NCBI GenBank assembly: GCA_024635865.1
Contig: JAGXIB010000086.1
Coordinates: 1-46,435, forward strand
Direction: 5' to 3'
DNA: 46,435 nucleotides
Origin: Flavobacteriales bacterium
GTDB lineage: Bacteria > Bacteroidota > Bacteroidia > Flavobacteriales_D > Parvicellaceae
Part shown: piece by piece, positions 28,222 to 36,692 of the stretch
Layout: the number at the start of each line of letters is the position of its first letter
Position numbering within the stretch: the first letter of the stretch is position 1
The notes under the pieces: generated by a model
Told to the model about the DNA's origin: nothing
Database searches by the model: none
The model's input: only the letters and a program-made list of their open reading frames with translations
Made by a program: the position numbers and the translations under genes

Positions 28222-29085
28222 TTACTGAACAATCGAACCTAAACTAAATACAGAACGACCATTAGCATTCATCATTTTCTGAACAGTATAATTTGGCATC
28301 AACATATCGTGTAATGCATCTAAATCCCATTGATTTGGATTTTTAAACCATTCGGATAAATCCATGTTTAAATTAATAGAAGCGTCATTAGACAATGTAA
28401 ATGATTGATTTAACTTCACATAAAAATGATTTGCTTCGTGATTACCATTGTTAGAAGCTGTTCCATTATGAAAAGCAAAAGCAGTAGTATCTGTGTTCGA
28501 ATCAATGAATTTACCTTCTAACTTCATGAAGTGATATCCTCCTCCAATCATGGCTGGCCAAGACCAACTTGCGACATTTAAGTCAGCATAAGTTCCACTT
28601 GTATTATCTGCTTCGTCAAATCCCCATGTAAATCCAACGCCAGTATAACCTCCTATTGGAACATGCATTTCTGTTGGAAAAGAATAAGCAAAAGAATTCG
28701 TATTGTCAAAATCGACAAAATTATAACCTTCTACTACTATACTATCTCCATCTGCTTTATAAAGTACAAAATCAGATATTAAATATTGTAATTTAGTGAT
28801 ACTGTGCGTCGTTCCTTTATCGTTAAGATACTTTAAATCGTCAAAATCGGCTGGCATAACTGAAGAACCTCCATAATTATGCTCCATTTTCATCATGACA
28901 TGGACTCCATTATGATCGCCATGACCTGTTATTGTATCAAATTCACAAGTGCCGTCATCTTTTTTTGCGTTAGCATCATAGTTTGTTGCATCAGCATCTG
29001 TACACCCTTTCTTTTTACAAGATGTAGTTCCAAAAGCAAGTGATAAACCTATTATTCCTGCTATTATTATTTTTGTATTTTTCAT
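28222..29085 (-). CDS. MbnP-like lipoprotein (putative kynurenine-dependent copper-binding protein family)
   Basis: Lipobox AFGTTSC. ITKLQYLISDFVLYKADGDS, VPIGGYTGVGFTWGFDEADN, SWSWPAMIGGGYHFMKLEGKF and FAFHNGTA match my recollection of MbnP-family proteins. It sits directly upstream of a MauG/MbnH-like peroxidase. Confidence 0.6.
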   Translation of the reverse strand: MKNTKIIIAGIIGLSLAFGTTSCKKKGCTDADATNYDANAKKDDGTCEFDTITGHGDHNGVHVMMKMEHNYGGSSVMPADFDDLKYLNDKGTTHSITKLQYLISDFVLYKADGDSIVVEGYNFVDFDNTNSFAYSFPTEMHVPIGGYTGVGFTWGFDEADNTSGTYADLNVASWSWPAMIGGGYHFMKLEGKFIDSNTDTTAFAFHNGTASNNGNHEANHFYVKLNQSFTLSNDASINLNMDLSEWFKNPNQWDLDALHDMLMPNYTVQKMMNANGRSVFSLGSIVQ

Positions 29086-29102
29086 TTTTTTATTTTTTTA
29101 TT

Positions 29103-29987
29103 TTAAAAGTTATAATTCAAACCAACTGTTGTTCTGTTGGTTGTAAAAAGTTGTTTTTCTCCATTTAAATTAGAAGAAAACACTTTTTGGTACTGAGCAT
29201 TAATACTCCAATTATCCTTATATAATTTAAGACCTAAATTCCCGAAAAAGGTTGTCCCCCCAGAGTCATTAATTATTGAATATTCATAATCTTTTTCAAA
29301 ATTTTCTACATAAACACCTGTAAAAGGCATTATAAGTAAATTCTTGGTAGATTTCATATAAAATATGTTCCCATTGAAGTTTAATGTATTTCCATATCTA
29401 AAGTTCTCATTATTATAAGTATTAAACTTAACATTCAAATTGGAAGAAAACCCAAGACTCTTGTACCTTAAAGAATAAGTGGAAATAAAAATAAAATCCC
29501 AGCTACCTGAGCCTGGTTGTATATCTAAATTAGGCTTTCCATAGGCATAAGACTTATTAATACTTCCTAAAGGAATTTTAACTCCTCCTCCTAAAGTAAA
29601 ACGATGTATCACTTTCTCCGAAGAATCCGCTGTTTCTTTCGTGTTATATACTTGATAGGTTTGCATCAGTATAGGATCTGCTATTCCTTTGACTCTATAC
29701 TTTGCTAAGCCATCAATCTTTTGAGTATTATCAACAACGGGGAAAGTAACCATCGTTTTCCACTTCTCTCTCCAATAAAATGTTCCTCTTAATTCGTAAG
29801 TACGATAAAGGTCTTCTATTTTTTTATTCAAGAAGTCACTCGTTTCTACTCCTCCATGCTTTAAGTAAATTTGACCTAACTCATTATATGTTCCAGACAT
29901 ATAACGCGTATGACGATAGAACCCTATTGAGTTTCTATAATCGTTTGGTGAAATATTAAAAAAAACATTGCAATTATTCACATGCAA
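29103..29987 (-). CDS. Outer-membrane beta-barrel protein body (~294 aa), apparently separated from its signal peptide by a frameshift
   Basis: Alternating hydrophobic strands throughout and a C-terminal ...TTVGLNYNF with terminal Phe. The track ORF starts at a TTG with no signal peptide. A signal-peptide mini-ORF lies just upstream in another frame. Confidence 0.6.
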   Translation of the reverse strand: MHVNNCNVFFNISPNDYRNSIGFYRHTRYMSGTYNELGQIYLKHGGVETSDFLNKKIEDLYRTYELRGTFYWREKWKTMVTFPVVDNTQKIDGLAKYRVKGIADPILMQTYQVYNTKETADSSEKVIHRFTLGGGVKIPLGSINKSYAYGKPNLDIQPGSGSWDFIFISTYSLRYKSLGFSSNLNVKFNTYNNENFRYGNTLNFNGNIFYMKSTKNLLIMPFTGVYVENFEKDYEYSIINDSGGTTFFGNLGLKLYKDNWSINAQYQKVFSSNLNGEKQLFTTNRTTVGLNYNF

Positions 29988-30036
29988 AAGACGAAACAGA
30001 TTGAATAATGAATAAAATTATTATTATTTTTTTCAT
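29974..30036 (-). other. Orphan 20-codon signal-peptide ORF (MKKIIIILFIIQSVSSFACE*) overlapping the 5' end of the barrel ORF in a different frame
   Basis: ATG at 30036..30034 and stop TAA at 29976..29974. The barrel frame is open from 30017 downward and is offset by +1. Confidence 0.7.
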
Positions 30037-30121
30037 TTTCTTAATTCATAAAGCAGTGCTAAACCACTTTAAATAAACAATTGTTTTAGTACATCTAAAA
30101 CTTAATATTCGTTTATAATCA

Positions 30122-30511
30122 TTAAGCTACACGAGGTGGTTTGAAGACGATAGAAAGAAAATCTTTTGTTAATCTTAAGTCTTTAGCATACAATCTAAGT
30201 TTATTCTGATTAGGAAATAAACTCATATCCAGTTGATTCAGCTGTTGAAATGAAAAAATAGATATTGCAGAAACATATACTTCTTCTGAAGTACAATTCT
30301 CATTTTCTGTACTACTTAATTTTAATTCTTTTGCTAAATGACAAGTACCGTTACAATTTAACTCAGGAAGCTCTTTATTCTCACAATACTTTTCTGTATA
30401 ATTCTCTTGATCTACCACATAGTTAACTAATATCACAGACTGAATAATTACCGACAAAAATAATGATGCGATAAAAAATGAAATGACAATATAGTTATAC
30501 TTAGTATTCAT
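30122..30511 (-). CDS. Small single-pass membrane protein with a Cys-rich motif (uncharacterised family)
   Basis: One TM helix (YIVISFFIASLFLSVIIQSVILV), then YCENKELPELNCNGTCHLAKEL (C43, C53, C57, plus C73). The C-terminus is ...IVFKPPRVA. It is the first gene of the minus-strand cluster. Confidence 0.6.
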   Translation of the reverse strand: MNTKYNYIVISFFIASLFLSVIIQSVILVNYVVDQENYTEKYCENKELPELNCNGTCHLAKELKLSSTENENCTSEEVYVSAISIFSFQQLNQLDMSLFPNQNKLRLYAKDLRLTKDFLSIVFKPPRVA

Positions 30512-30598
30512 TATTCATACAAATATAATTCACTATTGACTAAAAAAAACTGATATTAGTCAGATATATTGAGAAATAAGCTGAAAAAAGGCTGTAAT

Positions 30599-31561
30599 TT
30601 ATTCTTTTCTAATCGTCGACTCTTTTAGAAAAGAAATAACATTTCTCTCCATTCTCTCCAACGCATTCTCAGAATTACTTTTTACAAACTTCTCACCAGA
30701 AACTTTTTCATACAGTTCTATATAGCGTTCAGATACAGAGTTTACAAATTCCTCTGTCATTTCTGGTATTTTTTGACCTTCTTTTCCTTGGAATCCATTT
30801 TCCATCAACCACTCCCTAACAAACTCTTTTGATAATTGTTTTTGAGGTTCATTTTTAGCTAAGCGCTCTTCATAACCATCGGCATAGAAATATCGAGAAG
30901 AATCGGGGGTGTGAATTTCATCTATTAAATAAATCTTTCCATCTTTTTTACCAAACTCATATTTAGTATCAACTAAAATAAGGCCTTGCTCTGCTGCTAT
31001 TTCTGTTCCTCTCTTAAAAACAGCTTTTGTAAACTGCTCTAGCAATAAATAATCTTCCTCGCTTACAATCCCTTTTTTTAAGATTTCCTCTCTAGAAATA
31101 TCTTCGTCATGCGCTCCCATTTCAGCTTTAGTTGAAGGAGTTATAATTGGTTCGGGAAACTTTTGATGCTCTTTCATCCCTTCCGGTAAGGGAACTCCGC
31201 ACAATTCTCTATCTCCCGATTTATAAGTACGCCATGCATGACCAGTTAAATAACCTCTAATCACCATTTCTACTTTAAATGGTTCGCAAAAATGACCAAC
31301 AGTGATATTTGCATCTGGAACAGCAATACTCCAATTTGGGACAATGTCTTCTGTCGCTTTTAAAAACTTTGCAGCTAATTGATTTAACACTTGTCCTTTA
31401 TAAGGAATACCTTTTGGTAAAACAACATCAAAAGCAGAGATACGATCACTTACAGACATGACTAGCAAATCATTATTAATATTGTATACGTCTCTTACTT
31501 TTCCTTTATAAACATCGACTTGATTGGGGAATTTAAAATCTGTTTTTACAATTGCTTCCAT
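30599..31561 (-). CDS. purC: Phosphoribosylaminoimidazole-succinocarboxamide synthase (long form)
   Basis: [26 protein letters not shown] and [10 protein letters not shown]. Confidence 0.93.
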   Translation of the reverse strand: MEAIVKTDFKFPNQVDVYKGKVRDVYNINNDLLVMSVSDRISAFDVVLPKGIPYKGQVLNQLAAKFLKATEDIVPNWSIAVPDANITVGHFCEPFKVEMVIRGYLTGHAWRTYKSGDRELCGVPLPEGMKEHQKFPEPIITPSTKAEMGAHDEDISREEILKKGIVSEEDYLLLEQFTKAVFKRGTEIAAEQGLILVDTKYEFGKKDGKIYLIDEIHTPDSSRYFYADGYEERLAKNEPQKQLSKEFVREWLMENGFQGKEGQKIPEMTEEFVNSVSERYIELYEKVSGEKFVKSNSENALERMERNVISFLKESTIRKE

Positions 31562-32562
31562 TATAATTTTTCTTTAGCTTTTCTTAGTTCTTTAACTTTC
31601 TCATCATTCTTTTTGAATGCTTTGATTACATGCTTCACTAATCGATGCCTAACAACATCTTGTTCGTCTAATTCTATTACAGCGATTCCTTTTACGCCAT
31701 TAAGAATAGTTGAAGCTATTTTTAAACCAGATTTTTGATTATAAGGTAAATCGACTTGTGTAGGATCTCCAGTAACAACAAACTTAGCAGACTCTCCCAT
31801 TCTAGTCAAAAACATTTTTATTTGGCTCTCAGTAGCATTTTGCCCTTCATCTAGAATCACAAAAGCTTTGTCTAATGTTCTTCCTCTCATATAAGCTAAA
31901 GGAGCAATTTGAATGATATTGTTCTCCATGTATTCCTCTAGTTTCTCAGGAGTAATCATATCCCTTAAAGCATCATACAATGGTTGCAAATAGGGATCTA
32001 GTTTATCTTTTAAATCTCCGGGAAGAAAACCTAAATTCTCTCCTGCCTCTACTGCTGGACGAGTTAAAATTATCTTTCTAACTTCTTTATTTTTTAATGC
32101 CCGAACTGCTAAAGCGACAGCGGTATATGTTTTTCCAGAACCCGCTGGACCAACAGCAAATAGCATATCGTTATCGTCTATAGCTGCCACCATTTTTCTT
32201 TGATTTGGAGTTCTAGCAGTCACTTTTAAACCTTTATTTCCAAAGACTAAAACAGTGTTTTTTTCTAAATCATCTTCATGAACTTTACTTTTAGCATTTA
32301 GAGTATTCTCAATATTACTTTGAGTTATATTGTTGTAGCGTTCAAAATGCTTAATAATTAAGACTATTGACTCTTCAAATAGTTTTGTATCTTCTTCATT
32401 TCCTAAAACTTTTAAAAAATTACCTCTATGAATAATTTTAAGTCGTGAAAAATGAGCTTGTAGTTGCTTTAAGTGAGCATTATTAGACCCAAATAAATCG
32501 ACGGGGTTAATTGCCCCTATTTCTATTATTTTTTCGTGCAATATTTTATGTTTTAAAGTCAA
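31561..32562 (-). CDS. phoH: PhoH-family ATPase
   Basis: Walker [14 protein letters not shown], Walker [10 protein letters not shown] and TGDPTQVDL. There is no ATG near the N-terminus; the track start is TTG (32562) and a second TTG lies 7 codons in. TAATG-type 1-nt overlap with purC. Confidence 0.9.
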   Translation of the reverse strand: MTLKHKILHEKIIEIGAINPVDLFGSNNAHLKQLQAHFSRLKIIHRGNFLKVLGNEEDTKLFEESIVLIIKHFERYNNITQSNIENTLNAKSKVHEDDLEKNTVLVFGNKGLKVTARTPNQRKMVAAIDDNDMLFAVGPAGSGKTYTAVALAVRALKNKEVRKIILTRPAVEAGENLGFLPGDLKDKLDPYLQPLYDALRDMITPEKLEEYMENNIIQIAPLAYMRGRTLDKAFVILDEGQNATESQIKMFLTRMGESAKFVVTGDPTQVDLPYNQKSGLKIASTILNGVKGIAVIELDEQDVVRHRLVKHVIKAFKKNDEKVKELRKAKEKL

Positions 32563-32737
32563 TAAAAGTCTATATATTTGACTTATTATTGTTGTAATCT
32601 ACAATTGTTTAAATTATTTCATCTCAAAATTAACCAACCGTTTTTATTTTACACTAAATAACTTGTTTTTATTTAAAGATATTTAGTAATTTGAACCAAC
32701 TGTTGAAAAGTTAAAACTAAAGGACCAGTATCAATCT

Positions 32738-33553
32738 ATGAAAATCATAACACTAACTACCGATATGGGATTAAAAGACTACTATGTAGCCGCTGTTAAA
32801 GGCGCCATAATTAGTCAGTTAGAAGATGTTCAAATTATTGATATTAGTCATCAGATTTCTCCTTTCGACATAGCGCAAGCTTCTTTTGTTGTTAAAAACT
32901 GTTTTAATGAATTTCCAAAAGGAACCATTCATATTATTGGTGTAAATCCATTTGTGAATAACGAGATAAAACATGTATTGATAGAATATAATGGTCACTA
33001 TTTTATTGGAGCTGATAATGGTATTTTTTCTTTACTATTTACAAGACAACCAGATAAAATATTTGAACTTAATATATTTGAAGAAACCTACAACAAGTCT
33101 TTCCCTACTAAAAATGTTTTTGTAAAAGCTGCATGTCACATTGCTAGAGGAGGAACTCCAGAAGTGATAGGTAAACAAATAGATGAAGTTCAAAAAAGAC
33201 AACTATTTAGAGCCACAGCAGAAAGTAATGTCATTAAAGGAACAGTTATTTACATAGATTCTTATGGAAATGTAATTACTAACATTTCTAGAAGTTTATT
33301 TTATGAAGTTAAACAAGATAGAAGTTTTAAAATTTACTTAACACGTGCTGGGTATACAATTTCTAAAATAAGAAAAAATTACAACGAAGTTCCTGATGGT
33401 GAAAAAGTAGCGTTATTTAGTAGCTCTGAGTACCTAGAGATTGCTATAAACAGAGGAGTTGAAGGTTCTGGAGGAGGAGCGAACAAACTATTTGGATTAA
33501 AAATTAATGATACCATTACTATTGAATTCGAAGACAGTAAAATAGAACCATAA
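32738..33553 (+). CDS. SAM hydrolase / SAM hydroxide adenosyltransferase family protein (DUF62, fluorinase-chlorinase superfamily)
   Basis: ITLTTDMGLKDYYVAAVKGAI, GADNGIFS, IDSYGNVITNI and EIAINRG are typical of the DUF62 family. Confidence 0.8.
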   Translation: MKIITLTTDMGLKDYYVAAVKGAIISQLEDVQIIDISHQISPFDIAQASFVVKNCFNEFPKGTIHIIGVNPFVNNEIKHVLIEYNGHYFIGADNGIFSLLFTRQPDKIFELNIFEETYNKSFPTKNVFVKAACHIARGGTPEVIGKQIDEVQKRQLFRATAESNVIKGTVIYIDSYGNVITNISRSLFYEVKQDRSFKIYLTRAGYTISKIRKNYNEVPDGEKVALFSSSEYLEIAINRGVEGSGGGANKLFGLKINDTITIEFEDSKIEP

Positions 33554-33575
33554 GTTTTCCAAAAGCCACAAGAAT

Positions 33576-34352
33576 ATGAAACGTATTCACTTATTTGAAA
33601 TTGAAGATTTTCCTTGGTTTCCAAATTGGACTAGAATTAGACTAACAAGATTAGTTGCCTTAATGCATAGGTTGGTAAATACTGAAGATAAATTAATTTC
33701 AATACTCCGTCCACTCTTACAAGAAAGTAATCAAAAGCAAATAATTGACTTATGCTCTGGTAGTGGAGGCCCAATGATTAATGTTCTTGCAAAACTTAAG
33801 AAAGAAGAAGAGTTTAACAATCTAACACTTACGCTTACCGATCTTTACCCTAACCTGAAAATGGTAAAGAAATATAAGAAATCTGGCAGTATTAATTACA
33901 GTTCTATCTCTCTCGATGTTACCAAATCAGATAATAAGCACATTGGTTTAAAAACAATGATCTCTAGTTTCCATCATATGAAACCAGAAGACGCAAGAAA
34001 AATTTTAGCTACTGCTAAACAAAATAAAGATACTATTTGTATTTATGAAATTAGTGACAATCGATTTCCTTTAATTGCGAATATTTTCACCTTCTTTTTT
34101 AACTTCTTCAATTGTTTTTTTATTACCCCTTTTGTTCGTCCTATGTCTTGGCAACAACTCGTTTTTACATACCTCATTCCTATCCTTCCTTTAGGTTTTG
34201 CTTGGGACGGAGCTGTTTCTAATGCTAGGACCTATACTCTAAGTGACTTGGATGAATTATTAGAGGGATTAATTGAGGATGATTACTCTTGGGAAAAAGG
34301 AATTATTGAGGGTAAAATACCTAGCATCTATTTAATCGGGAAACCTGTTTAA
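33576..34352 (+). CDS. Methyltransferase-fold protein with an internal hydrophobic hairpin
   Basis: N-terminal HLFEIEDFPWFP, SAM motif I IIDLCSGSGGP and SSFHHMKPEDARKIL. A hydrophobic stretch follows (LIANIFTFFFNFFNCFFITPF...LVFTYLIPILPLGFAW). Confidence 0.6.
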   Translation: MKRIHLFEIEDFPWFPNWTRIRLTRLVALMHRLVNTEDKLISILRPLLQESNQKQIIDLCSGSGGPMINVLAKLKKEEEFNNLTLTLTDLYPNLKMVKKYKKSGSINYSSISLDVTKSDNKHIGLKTMISSFHHMKPEDARKILATAKQNKDTICIYEISDNRFPLIANIFTFFFNFFNCFFITPFVRPMSWQQLVFTYLIPILPLGFAWDGAVSNARTYTLSDLDELLEGLIEDDYSWEKGIIEGKIPSIYLIGKPV

Positions 34353-34455
34353 GCACCGTTAACTTTTTAAGGAAGACCACTTCTGTATTACATCACTATT
34401 TCATAATAAATTTTAATGAAAATGATTACTTTTGTTCTTTAAAACCAGATAAAGA

Positions 34456-35532
34456 ATGACTTTAAAATATAGCTACATAATTATACTTTCATTTATTTTC
34501 CTTCAATGTAAGAGTAACGACTCTAACGCTAAAAAAATATTAGAAGCAGAAGCAACTAAAAACACCATCGAAGTTGATGAATCTAATTCTTTAAAGGCAA
34601 TAGAACAACAAATCATTGATAATCCTGAAAGTCCTAATGGCTATACCAAACGGTCATATTACTATGCAAAACAAGGTGATTTAAAAAGAGCTATTGATGA
34701 TATTAATAGAGCCTTACTCATAACTCCTAAAACGGCTTCACTAAATTTTACAAAAGCTGAATTGCTGTTTAACCAAGCAGGAAAAAATAGGAATGCTTTA
34801 CTATATGATCAATCAGAAATATACCTAGACCAGACTATAAAATTAGACTCAACATATGTTGATGCTTATATTTTAAAAGCTAAAATTAAAATTGGAAAAA
34901 AAGATGCTGAAGGAGCAATTGGAAATCTAAGTGAGGCTCTTAAAGTTTCCCCTACTCTTTCTGAACCATATTCTTTAAAAGGTTTTGTATACCAACGCTT
35001 AGGAAATAAAAGGTTAGCTCAATCATCTTACCAAACAGCACTAGAGATGGATGCCAATAATTATGATGCTAATATTGGTTTAGGCCATATCTATTACTTA
35101 GATACAAATGCTAATGGCCTTATCTATTTTGATGCGGCATCAATTCTAGCTCCTAATTCTGTTGAGCCATACAGGAACAAAGGATTATTACTAAGAAATT
35201 TGGGAAGGTATGAGGAAGCTCAAACCTCTTTTAAACAGGTTTTAGCAATAGACTCTAGCTTTGCAGAAGCTTATTATAACATAGGGGTCTGTTATATCGA
35301 TTCTTATAATGATGGTTTTGAAAAAGCAATTAAAGACTCAATTATTAACCAATCTATTGTTAACTTTCAAAAAGCAGTAGATTATAATCCAAATTATGTA
35401 CTTGCTCTTTATAATTTAGGATATAGTTACGAGTTTAAAGGAAACAAAAAGAAAGCCTTAGAATTCTATAAAAGAGCTATTGATATTGAACCTGATTTTG
35501 AATTGGTAAATGAAGCTTTACGTCGTTTCTAA
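34456..35532 (+). CDS. TPR-repeat lipoprotein
   Basis: Signal/lipobox ILSFIFLQCKS. There are at least 6 TPR-like units (e.g. AEAYYNIGVCY, ALYNLGYSYEFKGNKKKALEFYKRAIDIEPDF). Confidence 0.8.
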   Translation: MTLKYSYIIILSFIFLQCKSNDSNAKKILEAEATKNTIEVDESNSLKAIEQQIIDNPESPNGYTKRSYYYAKQGDLKRAIDDINRALLITPKTASLNFTKAELLFNQAGKNRNALLYDQSEIYLDQTIKLDSTYVDAYILKAKIKIGKKDAEGAIGNLSEALKVSPTLSEPYSLKGFVYQRLGNKRLAQSSYQTALEMDANNYDANIGLGHIYYLDTNANGLIYFDAASILAPNSVEPYRNKGLLLRNLGRYEEAQTSFKQVLAIDSSFAEAYYNIGVCYIDSYNDGFEKAIKDSIINQSIVNFQKAVDYNPNYVLALYNLGYSYEFKGNKKKALEFYKRAIDIEPDFELVNEALRRF

Positions 35533-35547
35533 AATTGGCTGAATCAA

Positions 35548-36642
35548 ATGGGAAATAATTTTCCAACTCAAAAAATAATTCATGTAGACATGGATGCCTT
35601 TTATGCATCTGTAGAACAATTAGATCATCCAGAATTAAGAGGAAAGCCTATTGCTGTTGGAGGTGGAGGAGAAAGAGGTGTTGTAGCTGCAGCTAGTTAT
35701 GAAGCTAGGAAGTTTAACGTAAAATCTGCTTTATCTGGAAAAATAGCCAAAGAACGTTGCCCACATCTTATTTTTGTAAAACCAAGATTTGAACGTTATA
35801 AAGAAATCTCTACCATTATTCGATCTATCTTTTATGAATATACTGATTTGGTTGAACCTTTGTCATTAGACGAAGCCTTTTTAGATGTTACCGAAAATAA
35901 AATAAATAATCCTTCCGCTTCTTTGATTGCCCAAGAAATTAGAACTAAAATATTTGAAAAAACTGGATTAAGTGCATCTGCAGGAATATCGGTCAATAAG
36001 TTTATAGCAAAAGTAGCTTCAGACATTAACAAACCCAATGGACAGAAAACAATTAAACCTAACGAAGTTCTATCTTTTTTGGAAGAACTTCCAATTGCTA
36101 AATTCTTTGGAGTAGGAAAAGTTACGGCTCAAAAAATGTATAAACTTGGTATTTTTAAAGGTCTTGATTTAAAGCGAAAAACAAAAGAAGAATTAACTCA
36201 TCATTTTGGTAAATCTGGAGGGCACTATTATAAAATTGTAAGAGGCATTCAAACTAGTAAAGTTACCCCAAACCGACTTAGGAAATCAATAGCAGCTGAG
36301 CGAACTTTTAGCGATGACATTTCTAACTATTCTGAGATTCTCGAAAAACTAGAGAACATTGCTGAAGAGCTAGAGCGAAGAATGATAAAGAACAAAACGA
36401 AAGGAAAAACCATTACACTCAAAATAAAGTACAACGATTTTACAGTTCAAACAAGAAGTAAAACAATAGAAAACTATCTCTCTCTAAAAAAAGATTTCTT
36501 TGCTATTATTATAACTCTTCTTAAACAAGACCCTATCCAAAAACCTGTTCGTTTACTTGGTCTTTCTTTTAGTAATTTAGACAATCAAAAAGACATTGAA
36601 AAATGGATTCAATTAAAGTTTGAGTTTGAGAAAAGAAACTGA
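35548..36642 (+). CDS. dinB: DNA polymerase IV (Y-family)
   Basis: IIHVDMDAFYASVEQ, SLDEAFLDVT, SAGISVNKFIAKVASD and FGVGKVT. Confidence 0.94.
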   Translation: MGNNFPTQKIIHVDMDAFYASVEQLDHPELRGKPIAVGGGGERGVVAAASYEARKFNVKSALSGKIAKERCPHLIFVKPRFERYKEISTIIRSIFYEYTDLVEPLSLDEAFLDVTENKINNPSASLIAQEIRTKIFEKTGLSASAGISVNKFIAKVASDINKPNGQKTIKPNEVLSFLEELPIAKFFGVGKVTAQKMYKLGIFKGLDLKRKTKEELTHHFGKSGGHYYKIVRGIQTSKVTPNRLRKSIAAERTFSDDISNYSEILEKLENIAEELERRMIKNKTKGKTITLKIKYNDFTVQTRSKTIENYLSLKKDFFAIIITLLKQDPIQKPVRLLGLSFSNLDNQKDIEKWIQLKFEFEKRN

Positions 36643-36692
36643 GCATTCTATTTTAAGAAAAGGGGTTTGAAGGAATTAAATATCTAAGAAAC

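Noticed and set aside
29988-30121. A small RiPP or methanobactin-like precursor peptide (MbnA-type) near the MbnP/MbnH-like genes.
   Set aside because: The only short ORF here is the 20-codon MKKIIIILFIIQSVSSFACE, which is a signal peptide and not a leader-core peptide. No MbnB/MbnC-like genes are present.
30520-30527. A minus-strand TATATTTG (TAnnTTTG) box upstream of the small Cys-rich protein gene.
   Set aside because: It lies only 9 nt from the ATG at 30511. A transcript initiated from it would have essentially no leader, so I cannot support it as the cluster promoter.
30537-30562. A perfect 7-bp inverted repeat, TGACTAA-N12-TTAGTCA, in the spacer between purC and the first gene of the MbnP-like cluster. 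It could be an operator or the purC terminator.
   Set aside because: It has only two G-C pairs and a 12-nt loop, so it is a poor terminator. A rough estimate suggests that a 7-bp AT-rich inverted repeat somewhere in an ~90-nt AT-rich spacer is about as likely as not by chance. It is worth keeping in mind only if conserved in orthologous spacers.
32625-32632. A minus-strand TAATTTTG box 63 nt upstream of phoH.
   Set aside because: It matches TAnnTTTG, but I could not find a TTG/TTTG element at a suitable distance upstream. AT-rich spacers produce such octamers easily.
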